The notes under the pieces: model-generated | The model's database searches: none | What the model saw: the letters and a program-made list of their open reading frames with translations, nothing else | What the model was told of the DNA's origin: nothing | In this document: positions 26,901 to 36,691 of the stretch, in pieces | Layout: every line of letters begins with the position of its first letter | Numbering within the stretch: position 1 is the first letter of the stretch | Made by a program: the position numbers and the translations under genes | Source of the DNA: Glaucostegus cemiculus | Taxonomy: Eukaryota | Direction of reading: 5' to 3' | NCBI GenBank assembly: GCA_976551045.1 | Contig: CDPCPM010000418.1 | Coordinates: 744,001-808,000 of the forward strand | DNA: 64,000 bases

Positions 26901-29900
26901 CCAGGATCTACAGCATAGGTTTGCATTCCATTGGCCTTCCATTATATATTCAGTTCTATTGGTTTTAACGGACCAACTATCAAGGGTGGCAGATTGGTAG
27001 GGAGGTGTAATGGGGTGGTGCGGTGAAAGCCAATACTATACAGCCCTGCTAGAACAAGCAACCAAAGTCAAATATCTACCCTACATATTTTTATTGACAT
27101 TACTTACTGGCTCTTATGTTTATTTTTTCTCTCTCTTCAATGAAAGATGCCTGAGCATTGAGAAAAAAACTCTCTCAGTCATTCAGCCTCAGTACCAACT
27201 CTCTTCGGCTGTAGCACAGCCTAATAGTTGGGTGAGCTTCTCAGTTACTTCAACAACGTACCTTAACTCTAGTGTCAAAATATTATTTCCTACACAAATT
27301 CACATTTCAATATTATACACTCAGGCATCCTGTTCTAATGGAAGGTATCTAAGCCAGAAAAAAGCTTTCTCCAAAGACATAGCCAGACCCAAGAGAATTA
27401 TCTTTTCTTTTATATTAGTTTAACCTTATTAAGAAGTATGGTTTAGAAATATTATGACTCACACCCATAAGAAGATAAAAGAGTGATGTATGTGTAAAAT
27501 ATATGCACAGATATGTAGAATACTTGGAGAGAGAAGATATACCAAGTATCTTGCAATATAGTGTGTCACATGACCCTTAGTGACCCATTATCTTCCTGAC
27601 ACTACATACAGCTGGAATAAGAACCCGTTCACAGGTAACAATAGGTATTTTTAGATTCACCAGACTCTTAACTCCTCCACACTGAAGTTTAGAAAAATAA
27701 AAGTGTTTTTTCCTCATAAGATTCTGAAAATGATTTGCAGAGTGGATGGCTCTCCCAACTGGAGAGTCAAGAACCAGGGGCATGGTCTCAAGATAGGGGT
27801 CAATCATTTACTACGGATACACAAGAGATTCTGCAAATGCTGGAATCTGGAGCAACACACGCAAACTACTGGAGGAACTCAGCGGGTCAGGTAGCATCTA
27901 TGGAGGGAAATGAACAATCGACGTTTCGGCTCGAGAGCCTTCGTCAGGACTGGAAGGGAAGTTGAGGCTAGATGCAGGTTGGAGGAATGAAACCTCATAT
28001 TCTACCTTGGTAGTCTCCAACCTGAATCAGAATCAGTTTTTATTGTCACAACCATATACATACATAGTATGCATAGGAGCGAGATACCGTCCTCCTCAGG
28101 TGCTCGTCCCATTAAATAACAAACAGCAGAGACACACAGACACACTGAACAAAAAAAACATTAAAAACTACCGAAGTTTAAATTAAATTAAATACGGCAG
28201 GTAATTGAATAAATAGTTATTAAAGTGAACGAGCTAGTGGCGGGCATTTAAAGTGCTGGTGCATTCCTGTGCACCTAGCATCCCTTAGTGTTAACAAGGA
28301 AGATGGAGGAATGAGAGAGTTCGCATTCTGATGGACTCAACATTGATTTCTCTAACTTCCGGTAACCCCTCCACTTCCCCCCCGCTTTGTTTTCCCTCAT
28401 ACCTGTGGCCCCCTCACCCCTTCTTTTCCCCTCCCCTGCCCTCATGACCTGCCCATCTATTCCCCACCTCCTTCCCTTTATTCCATGGTCTGCTGTCCTC
28501 TCCTACCAGATTCCTTCTTCTTCAGCCCTTTGTCTCTTCTACCTATCCCCTCTCAGCTTCTTACATCACTCCCTTTCATCCCCCCTCCCCCACCCACCTA
28601 CCATCCCCTCTCACCTGAACTCACCTGCCAGCTGCCTGCATATGCTCGTCCCCCCCAACTCCACCACTCCCCCCCCACCTTCTTATTCTGGCTTCTGCCC
28701 TCTTCCTTACCAGTCCTGATGAACGGTCTCGGCCTGAAACATCAACTGTTTATTTCCCTCCATAGATGCTGCCTGACCTGCTGAGTTCCTCCAGCATCGT
28801 GTGCGTGTCAATTTAGTACAGATATTTTTATGGACAGAGTTACGAAGCTCGCGATTTCTCTACCAATGATGGTATGGGTGCTCAGTCACCGTGCATCTTC
28901 AAGACTGAAGATTTAGAGAATCAGTGGATTTGGAGGTGGGAAGGTGTGGGGTCGAGAGGGCAATATACAGGATCAACCGTAATCTTATTGAACAGTGGGT
29001 CAGCTCAATGAGCTGTGAATCCTGCTTCTGATTCTATTTGTTCTGTTGCTAACGTACTCTTTCCATTGTAGGTTATCAAATGCTCGCAACTGGCGAGTGT
29101 ACGCTGGGATTGTGGACAGACAGCTCATTTTATTCACCAGCCTTCCCACCTACGTGGTCGAGAGAATTATCTACCGCAGCGACTATAACCACGACACTCA
29201 TGACTATGACATTGCCCTCATGAAACTGAGAAAACCAATTACATTTTCAAGTATGAACTTTAGTTTGAACAAATGCTAGAAGTGTACAGGTCCTCCCCTG
29301 GTTAGCACAGGGTTCAGTTCCTGAGAACTGTTTGTAACCGGAACAGGTTGCACGTCAGAAATGTGGCCACCCGACGATACATTTAAGCAAACACATAGGC
29401 CAACCAATGGCAATGTGTGGTTAAACCAGGACGTCTAACTCATCCATTCAGATTTCTCTTCAAAATGTAATGATATCACCACGAACCAAGTTCCCACACG
29501 GCAGAAGACGCCTGCAGCCCCAGAGTAGCCGGCAAATCCATTCGGCCCATCTCCCAAGTGCTCATTCATATGTACGAGCTGTGCATAAGTCAGGCATTTG
29601 TAGCCTGGGGAGGACCTGTAATATAGTAGCTGCTGTGGTTTACATATAATGGAACTCACTTTCAGAAGTGAAGTACAATGCATGTGCATTCAGGATGTTA
29701 TAATGAGAATGAATTTCTATCCCATGGGTTCTTCCTCCCTCTGTACCATGGATTCTGAGCAGGAGATGGATCTCCAAATGAAAAACTCCCTTTTGTTCTT
29801 TCTATCTTTCCTTTACTTGCCCCATCCCCCACACTTCTGATAGGTTCAGACTCTTGCTGTGGTATGGGGCTTTCTATCTTGACCAATGTTCCTCTGTTAT

Positions 29901-32900
29901 CCAGACGGACAGATCAGCATGGACTTAATAGCTCAGCATAGACTAAGATGGTGACCAACAACTATTCAACTGTGTTGGTATCATCGAGTTGTTTAATAAG
30001 AGAACACACAATAAAAGTGCTTGAGCCAGTTCATCCTCGGAAAACATAGTTGCATAGTTTCTGGAATTAATTATCTGATGCTTGATTTTTACTTTTCCAT
30101 AAATGTGTGAACCAATTCTATTGCCCCTCTGCCCTCACAGGTCAAACAATGGTCTTTCCAATGATGACTTCCTGCAACCCCACCAGAAGTGAGGGACCCT
30201 CATTGATACTTAAATCTTCCAAAATCCTTTTATGAATATTCACTCAACAAATTGTGAGGAAACTTTCTAGTTCGGTACAGCAACTAGAAATGAAAACTAA
30301 CAGTGTAGAAGGAATGGCATAGTTGATTGTCAAAGACCAGTGTTTGGGAGTTGGTGGGACTGGATACAATAACCATGTCCTCACTCATGTACCCTATTGA
30401 AGATCAGGGGAATCACCTGACCAAGGTGTTTAAATTGTTAATGGATTTAATAGGGTAGATACTTAGAAATCATTCAATCTATCCCAGAGGTTTATGATTT
30501 TAACATTAGACGTCAGTTATTCAAAACCACATTAAGAACTTTCACATGAGTGCAGTAGAAATTTGGATCTCATACTCCCCTTTGGGGAGTTCATTAAACT
30601 TTTCTAACTGAGGTTGTTGTAATTTCATCGTGCAAGAATTCTGGACGGTGTGGAAGGGTTGAAGCAACAAGAGTTGAGATGCACAGAGCAAAAAGCTGCA
30701 GATGCTAGCCTACCGAAACAAAAACAGGAAAAGCTGGAAGCACTCAGCAGGTCAAGCAGCATCACTGGAGGGAAACAGAGTTAACATTTTATGGCAAGGT
30801 GCTAAATAGCCATGATCAAGTTAATTGGCAGAACGTGCTGGAGGGCTCAATATCCTTACGTTCCTCTTTGCAGTTTACTTTTGAACTACATCCATCCTGT
30901 CCTTCACACAAAAGCAGCATTGCCAGGACAACGTGCTTTCCTCAACCAATTTCATAAATATGGACCAAATGTTCAGTCAATGAAACAATTAATTTGGGCG
31001 CAAAATGACCACTCAATTGGCCAACACAACAACTGAGTGCACATCAATATATTTTTTTGAGACAAGTTGTGTGGAAGTATAAAGCTTCACTTCAGTGCAA
31101 ACGTTTCTTTCATAAGAACAGCAAATGATAAGAGTACACAGGAGAGCTGTCTGCACCCTTTAAGAAAAGTCACTGTTCCAGTTCCACTGACATTGACCTG
31201 CCTTTTTCTTCACTGATGGTAACAGATTGCTGTCTGTTTCTTTCTTCCCTTTATTTCACATTCCCAGCACCTATAAGTATCTTCATGCCATTGCTTCTGT
31301 TACAGATACAGTGAGGGCAATCTGTCTGCCAAGATACAATCAGCAGATCGTACCGGGTAAGAAGTGCTGGATATCAGGCTGGGGACAAGCAAGCGCAGAT
31401 GCCTGTAAGTATCAGACACTAAGGGATAAAGGGAGTTTATGCAGCAGATGAATGCATGGATGTGCTTCATTCAGGCTTTGCTTCTTTCAGATGATACAGA
31501 AAATATTTTAAAGGAAGCTTCCGTCCCTCTCATCAGCACCGAGAGATGTAACAGCAGCTGCATGTACAATGGTGCCATAACTCCCAGAATGCTGTGCGCT
31601 GGATACAAGGAGGGCAAAGTTGATGCATGCCAGGTGAGGTCAGATCAAAGCAAAGGAACATGGATCTAATATGTGAACTGCGGAGAGTTTGATGAAGATA
31701 TCCTGGTGCACAGGAGACTGTGTGACAACTGTGGATATACATTGCAGGGTGACAGTGGTGGCCCTTTGGTATGTGAGGACATCAGTGCCTGGCATTTGAC
31801 CGGGGTGGTGAGTTGGGGAATCGGCTGCGCTGAAGCTAATCACCCAGGCATTTATACAAAGGTTTTGGAGTTCCGAGAATGGATATACAGTGTTATTGAG
31901 GTAAGGAGACCATTCCTACAGAATTAATGAACGGTAACATAAATTGTATCCTTCATTTATAAGGGGATGAATTTAGTTATACTTAATAATACTCTATCTT
32001 TCCACGTGAGCAACATCAGCCTTCTAATGCAGCCTCCACTAGTTAAAAGATCCACACATCTAGGGATATATTCACTGGACTGGCCAAAAATTGGTACTAA
32101 CTATAATTTCTCAACTTCAAAACTTCCAGTAATAGTGTGTTCATCACTGTTAATTCAGAATGAATAGCTGTGCTTACTTGTGACTTCACACTTCACTGAG
32201 GCAAACCAGATCCAAGGAAAGTACATGTAAATAACAGCAACTTTTATTTGTATAACACCTTTAACATTGGAAAACATCCCAAAGCATCTCACAGAAGTGT
32301 AAGCAGACCTTGAACTATATAAAGTCAAAGTTGAGTTTATTGTCATATGCACAAGTACATGTATATACAGGTGCAATGGAAAACTTACTTGCAAGTAGCA
32401 TCACAGGCACATAGCATCATATTATCAGCATTCACAAGAAAAACATTAATTATACACAATTTTTACAAGAAAGAACACAATTAAAACAAAAAAAAGTCAA
32501 TTTTAGTGCAAAGTGTTCAAAGTGCTCATAATGTTGCTAAACTCTAGTGATTAGGGTTGTGCTGGTTGGTTCAAGAACCATATAAGGAAGTATTAAGGCA
32601 AATAGTCAAAAGTACAGACAAAAAAGTAGATTCTAATGAGGACAGAGAGGCAGGGGGTACAGAGAATGAATCCCAGAGTGTAGGGCTCTTCATTTTGTAT
32701 ATCTAAACCCATCTAATCATCTCTAGTTAACTTGCTTAAAATAAAAGCAGGTTGCATTGCAGACAGGTCTTGTTTGGTTTATATTCAATGGGAATCTATG
32801 ACAACTATTATTGTATTAACACTACAAATTATACTAAACACTGCTCATTGAGGGAACATCAAATTTACACAATAATACTGATTAATATGGAAGTGATTAC

Positions 32901-35900
32901 AGTGTTATTATGTTATATAATTAGTATTTTCATGCAATATGTAACACAAACTGTCCAACTATACCACCACTAATTAAACCATAACTATTAACTCTTTAAT
33001 GATATTGTACACAGAACTCTACAACTCCAATCTTGCTGATGGTACAAAAGCAATGGAAAAGTAAGTTGTGAGAAAGACACAGGTCTGCAGAGGGATAAGT
33101 GAAAGGGCACAAAGCTGGCAAAAGTGGTATAGTGAGGTAAAGTGTAATCCACTTTCATAGAAAAATTAGAAAAGCATATTATTTATCTGGTATGAGTCTA
33201 TTAAATATTGTTCAGAGAGACATGGGTGTCCTCGTCCAAAAGAGTTAGCATTCAGGCACAGCATCTAATTAGGAAGGGACATAAGATGTTGGCCTTCTTT
33301 GCTGCACACCACAATGATTCACATACACTGCAGGAAGCCCCCAGACTGATACGCATTACATTTTTAGTAGACCAATGCCATTTTCAACAATGATTCAGCT
33401 ATTTACGTGACTCTTGTTATTCTGAGCTCAGTTGCTAATGATATGTGTGATGTGGGAACCAGGGAAACAGAGGGTAGCCCTTACTCCCAACGATACATCA
33501 AGCATTGCTGATCATTGAAAATGTCTGATTGTGATATCCCTGAGGTTAAATGCATCATGTGCGCTTCCCGGAAACAAAGCATTCGTCATCAAGAATAGCT
33601 TAAATAATTCACACTTGCCGTAACAATGAGGAGTGAAAATCTTCTCCATTGATAATCACAGTAATACAACATGGAAACAGGCCCTTTGGCCCAACTCATC
33701 CATGCCAACCATGGTGCCCACCAAGCTAGACCCATTTGCCTGTGTATGGCCTACAACCCTCAAAACCTGACCTATCCATGTACCTGTTCAAATGTCTTTT
33801 AAATATGAGAAAGGACCCAGGTTATTAATAGGAGCCCTTTTGGGTAGATGAGTCCCTGTACCAATGGAAAGCCAGCGATGTTAACAGATCCCAGTGCTGA
33901 TGGTGTCTTCTGTTTAACATTGAAATCAAAGCAGGTGAAATCATTTTTCTGTGCATAAAGTGCTTCTCTGATGCAGTAGGCGAGCCACAGCTCAGGAAAG
34001 ATGGCAGTGATCTGCCACAGATGCTTAGACATTTCCTGCAGCAAAAGGTTAGGTATCAATGTGATGTGGGTCCCCATGGAGATAGCAGTCCAGACACGAG
34101 AGTGCAGATGAAGATCTGCAGATCAGGAGCTGGGATGTTATGTTGAAGTTGTACAAGACGTTGGTGAGGCCAAGTTTGGAGTATTATGTGCATTTCTAGT
34201 CACCTACCTACAGGAAAGATGTCAATAAGCTTGAAAGAGGGCAGAGAAAATTTACACAGATGTTGCTGGGACTTGAGGACCCAAGTTATAGGCAGAGGTC
34301 AAATAGGTTAGGACTTTATTCCCTTGAGTGCAGGAGAATGAGGTAAGATCTTATAGAGTATACAAAATTATGAGGGGTATAGATAGGGGTGTAACTGTAT
34401 ACAGGCTTTTTGCCCTAAGGTTGGGTGAGACTAGAACTAGAGGACATAGGTTTAGGGTGACAGGTGAAATATACAAGGAGAATCTGAGGGGGATCTTCTT
34501 CACTCAGAGGGTGGTGCGAGTGTGGAATGAGCTGCCAGCGAAAGTGGTGGACATGGGTTCAATTGTAACCATTAAGAGAGGTTTGGATAGGTACGTGGAT
34601 GGGAGGAGTTTGGAGGGCTATGGTTTGGGTGCAGGTAGATGGGACTAGAGAGGAGATAAGGTCAGCATGGAATAGATGGGCCAAAGGGCCTGTTTTTGTG
34701 CTGTAGTGCTCTATGACTCTCCTGCAGCATTCAGCAGATCTCAGATGACATTGTATCCAAAACTCTACATCTTGCTAATGGTACAAAAACAAGTAGAAAA
34801 GTAAGTTAGGAGGATATAAGGAGTCTGCAAAGGGTTAAATGGGGTACAAAGCTGTGGAAAACCTGTGCCTCTGAATACATTGCTCACAAGAGAGGTCCAG
34901 TAGTATGTGGTCTCTGTGAATAGGTGCTTCATTGATGGGTTTTTCTGTGCCTCCTTCCCCAATACACCTAACCCACTTTGAGTGCCCAGGTATTGCCATA
35001 GCAACACCTCTGGTCATTTACTGCTGCCAGAGGTGTCACATCCACAGCAGCCCTTGAATATTTCAGCAGTCAAGTACTGGAGGAAACAGTCAGAGCCAGT
35101 TACAGTAACCCCTTTGGAATTTGGAAGGTGTTCTTGATCCACTCTGAAGGTACAATAATATTTGTCTTTGAGTTGGAGCAGCAGAAGTTCATTTTGCTTG
35201 ATTTGTGGAATTTGAAGATTGTCCCTTGAGAAGAGGAGAAGCAAACTGAGGCTACTGAATCCAATAAACTGAGAGGTCACAGAGAGATACAGCATGGAAA
35301 CAGGTCCTTCAGCCCACTGAGTCCGTGCTAACAATCAATCACCTTATTACACTAAACACACATGAATCCCATTTTTAATAGTCCTTTTATGCTCATGAAC
35401 TCACCCAAGATTCTAGCACTTACTAATACACCAGGGACAATTTACTGTACCCAGTTAACCTACCAAACATCACGTCTTTGGAATGTGGGATGAAACCAGA
35501 GCATCCGAAGGAAACCCAGGCAGTCACAGGGAGAACATACAGACTCCATGCAGACAGCACCCAAACTCAGGATTAAACCTAGGTCTCTGGCACTTTGAGA
35601 CATAGCCTTTACTTGCTGCACCACTCTTCATTGATTTCATGCCTGTGATGCTGCTGCAAGTGCGTCATTGTACCTGTACCTCACCATACTTGTGCATATG
35701 GCAATAAACTCGAGTTTAGTGAGATACTGGAGCAGCAGGTAGATGCTGTGCGGAATTTCCTTTGCTATGGGGGAACTAGAAACGGGAGGCATAGTTTTAA
35801 AATAAGAGGTTAGACATTTAAGATTAAGGTTAGAAAGAATTTATTTTCTCAGAAGGTTGCAAGGGTTGTGATTTAACTTACTCAAGGCTCAGACATAAAT

Positions 35901-36123
35901 TTTTAGACTGTAGGATAATCAACGGTTGTGGCACCATACAGGAAAGTGGAATAGTCAGAGATAAAAGAAGCCATAAACTTGCTTAATGTCTGAGTAAGTA
36001 CAAGCTTAAAGCCCATTCCTGCTCCTAATTCCCATAAGAAGCAGCTAAGAACCTACATGTGTTCCCTTGTGCTTAAAAGACTATTAATTTGATTCTGTAA
36101 CGTTTCCTCTTTCTTAGGGATAG
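2929..36123 (+). CDS. TMPRSS5: Transmembrane serine protease 5 (spinesin), whole gene; join(2929-2934,6905-7331,8316-8414,16266-16382,17007-17142,21732-21845,23167-23210,25602-25764,29072-29250,31306-31404,31491-31633,31748-31900,36118-36123), about 561 aa
   Basis: All exons have AG/GT boundaries with compatible phases (total 1686 nt). Domain order is cytoplasmic tail, TM, SRCR, trypsin domain. Motifs [38 protein letters not shown] and GDSGGP closely match recalled TMPRSS5. No LDLa exon was found (TMPRSS2/3 have one). The first and last exons are less certain. Confidence 0.9.
4583..4859 (-). mobile_element. tRNA-derived V-SINE (HE1-like)
   Basis: On the - strand: GGCACGGTAGTGTAGCGGTTAGC A-box head, GGTTCAAATCC B box, GGTTTCCTCCCACATT V-domain core and AATAAA tail. 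Confidence 0.8.
4860..5385 (+). mobile_element. CR1 LINE 3' fragment
   Basis: Encodes [14 protein letters not shown]...LSYEERL..LGLF.LE (CR1 RT C-terminus) and ends in the CR1 3' UTR. Confidence 0.8.
6905..7331 (+). CDS. TMPRSS5: TMPRSS5 exon 2, long acidic Ser/Thr/Pro-rich cytoplasmic tail
   Basis: Acceptor gctgcag|GAT, open 142-codon frame (ORF 6908-7339), donor TTCA|gtaagt in phase 1, which fits the TM exon. Confidence 0.8.
7850..8160 (+). mobile_element. Rex1/Babar-like LINE 3' tail
   Basis: Shares its tail with the RT-bearing copy at 13690-14515 (cagcttc...ataagattattgaatgg...tgacaataat.aaccaat). Confidence 0.7.
8316..8414 (+). CDS. TMPRSS5: TMPRSS5 exon 3, signal-anchor transmembrane helix
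   Basis: ttctacag|GA...ATCG|gtaaga. Encodes [32 protein letters not shown]: a basic stretch followed by a hydrophobic helix, i.e. type II topology. Confidence 0.88.
13690..14515 (+). mobile_element. Rex1/Babar-like LINE, 5'-truncated, degenerate RT C-terminus
   Basis: Encodes [10 protein letters not shown]...KELVIDFRK...[11 protein letters not shown] and [19 protein letters not shown], with frameshifts. Confidence 0.8.
14995..15465 (+). mobile_element. Deu-domain SINE (SacSINE1/AmnSINE1-like), interrupted
   Basis: Matches recalled Deu-domain motifs: ctcaggtggacgt.aaga..cc, gtcttggcca.tatttat, tgtgggaacttgct, cgctatataaatgcaa. Confidence 0.55.
16266..16382 (+). CDS. TMPRSS5: TMPRSS5 exon 4, stem region
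   Basis: Poly-T tract cctttag|TG...ACAG|gttggt, phase 1-1. Encodes [38 protein letters not shown]. Confidence 0.8.
17007..17142 (+). CDS. TMPRSS5: TMPRSS5 exon 5, SRCR domain start
   Basis: Encodes [46 protein letters not shown]; boundaries attcag| and AA|gtatgc. Confidence 0.9.
18235..20550 (+). mobile_element. CR1 LINE ORF2 (RT) relic, about 2.3 kb, with an antisense Rex/Babar-like tail inserted at about 19463-19710
   Basis: Encodes [11 protein letters not shown]...[20 protein letters not shown]...KFADDT and RDLGVLV...LYKALVR.HLE, with stops and frameshifts, and ends in the CR1 3' UTR. Confidence 0.9.
21732..21845 (+). CDS. TMPRSS5: TMPRSS5 exon 6, SRCR domain
   Basis: ccacag|A...TACAG|gtttgc, phase 2-2. 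Encodes [38 protein letters not shown]. Confidence 0.85.
22185..22460 (-). mobile_element. CR1 LINE 3' fragment
   Basis: ORF 22246-22449 ([20 protein letters not shown]...KRLLDRHM) is the CR1 C-terminus. Confidence 0.75.
22700..23015 (+). mobile_element. Deu-domain SINE, degenerate
   Basis: Contains ctgtccaatacttattccct.aacatcatcactaaaacagatcatcaggttatt, which resembles the Deu core. Confidence 0.5.
23167..23210 (+). CDS. TMPRSS5: TMPRSS5 exon 7, SRCR end (44 nt)
   Basis: Poly-T gccag|G...TCTG|gtaagt. Encodes [14 protein letters not shown], the typical TTSP C..G.V..L.C motif. Confidence 0.9.
24440..25215 (+). mobile_element. RTE-clade LINE 3' relic
   Basis: Degenerate remnants of an ASAAFGRL...TKL.VY.A.V...LLY..E.W-like segment and a short aagaag tail. 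Confidence 0.55.
25602..25764 (+). CDS. TMPRSS5: TMPRSS5 exon 8, activation site and catalytic His
   Basis: Encodes [53 protein letters not shown]; donor AG|gtaagt. Confidence 0.95.
26204..26865. mobile_element. Penelope-like inverted-terminus element interrupted by a CR1 3' fragment (26305-26585)
   Basis: Inverted ends gctggaggaactcagcagg / cctgctgagtccctccagc. The inner CR1 piece is flanked by ATCAGG at 26299 and 26586. Confidence 0.65.
27915..27952 (-). ncRNA. Minimal type I hammerhead ribozyme motif (Penelope-associated)
   Basis: The - strand reads CAGUC-CUGACGA-A-GGCU(CUCG)AGCC-GAAA-CG-UC|GAUUG. The core is intact, and stem I (5 bp, one G-U) and stem II pair. Confidence 0.7.
28711..28748 (+). 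ncRNA. Degenerate hammerhead ribozyme motif
   Basis: Reads CAGUC-CUGAUGA-ACGGUCUCGGCCU-GAAA-CA-UC-AACUG, with CpG-type decay in stems I and III. Confidence 0.45.
29072..29250 (+). CDS. TMPRSS5: TMPRSS5 exon 9, catalytic Asp
   Basis: Encodes [12 protein letters not shown]...[17 protein letters not shown]; boundaries ttgtag| and A|gtatga. Confidence 0.95.
29287..29618. mobile_element. Tc1/mariner (Tigger/pogo-like) MITE
   Basis: Perfect 12-bp TIRs CAGGTCCTCCCC...GGGGAGGACCTG, with TA on both sides (29285-86 and 29619-20). Confidence 0.85.
31306..31404 (+). CDS. TMPRSS5: TMPRSS5 exon 10
   Basis: Encodes [27 protein letters not shown]; boundaries ttacag| and T|gtaagt. Confidence 0.95.
31491..31633 (+). 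CDS. TMPRSS5: TMPRSS5 exon 11
   Basis: Encodes [43 protein letters not shown], with the S1-pocket Asp present. It follows an 86-nt intron. Confidence 0.95.
31748..31900 (+). CDS. TMPRSS5: TMPRSS5 exon 12, catalytic Ser
   Basis: Encodes [51 protein letters not shown]; donor GAG|gtaagg. Confidence 0.95.
34125..34720 (+). mobile_element. CR1 LINE 3' fragment
   Basis: Encodes [10 protein letters not shown]...[10 protein letters not shown]...[14 protein letters not shown] and has the ctctatgactct tail. Confidence 0.85.
35400..35625 (-). mobile_element. Degenerate V-SINE
   Basis: V-domain on the - strand (plus-strand text tttggaatgtggga.gaaaccagagca.cc). Confidence 0.6.
36118..36123 (+). CDS. 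TMPRSS5: TMPRSS5 putative terminal coding exon (G-stop; an alternative acceptor gives DNSVF-stop, 36124-36141)
   Basis: Strong pyrimidine tract tttcctctttcttag|GGATAG, followed by UTR-like sequence and AATAAA at 36686. Confidence 0.45.
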   Translation, partial: G

Positions 36124-36685
36124 GACAACTCTGTGTTTTAGAAAACACTCTGGAATCTATGAAACAAGAAGAAGAATGCTCTGCACAGAAGCAGAAAGGA
36201 GCAGATCTGATGGTTTTGTATGTCTCTGGGCATTAGACTTTGAGAACCTGTGTGGAATATTCCATCAGTGCAAAGAAAGTTGTTGTATCAGAGTCACTGA
36301 GTGAGAATCATCATGTGTGTTTTTTTCCTCCAGAAAATGCTCAGTGATTTGTGAACTTTTTTGCAGCCTGTGTGAAATTTGTGTCAGAAAGGGTTTTCCC
36401 CTTATTAAATCATATCAACAAGCTGCTTGATATTTTACAGCTGTTTGGGTCTGAGTATACCAACATGGACCTCATTTTTGTTTTACACATTTCACCAATC
36501 CTGGTGAACATCTGGTTGGCATGGACAATTTGGGCTGAATAGCCTGTTTCCAAGCTGTAAAAACTCCCTGACTCTATGACTCAATCCACTGTTTGAGGAC
36601 CTGCCCTGGCTTTGAGTCAAATGTGTAAAATGAGTGGTTCTCAGACTACTTTGGCCATAATTGTTCAAATCCACATTGAAGACAC

Positions 36686-36691
36686 AATAAA
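36686..36691 (+). terminator. Candidate polyadenylation signal for TMPRSS5
   Basis: AATAAA followed by T/GT-rich sequence, about 560 nt after the putative stop. Confidence 0.4.

Larger units (their letters stand above)
27819..28810 (+). mobile_element. Penelope-like element remnant with inverted pseudo-LTRs, nested in a CR1 fragment
   Basis: Inverted terminal arms. The internal remnant reads [20 protein letters not shown]-stop (GIY-YIG C-terminus). A degenerate 13-bp TSD flanks it: atttactacggat (27806) and atttagtacagat (28811). Confidence 0.7.

Noticed and set aside
27010-27423. 137-aa ORF in TMPRSS5 intron 8
   Set aside because: No recognisable domain or splice context, and the flanking exons 8 and 9 already join in phase.
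33015-33066. Alternative TMPRSS5 exon (cacag|AAC...AAAA|gtaagt)
   Set aside because: It overlaps a decayed CR1 RT fragment, has a weak pyrimidine tract, and has no evident downstream partner exon.
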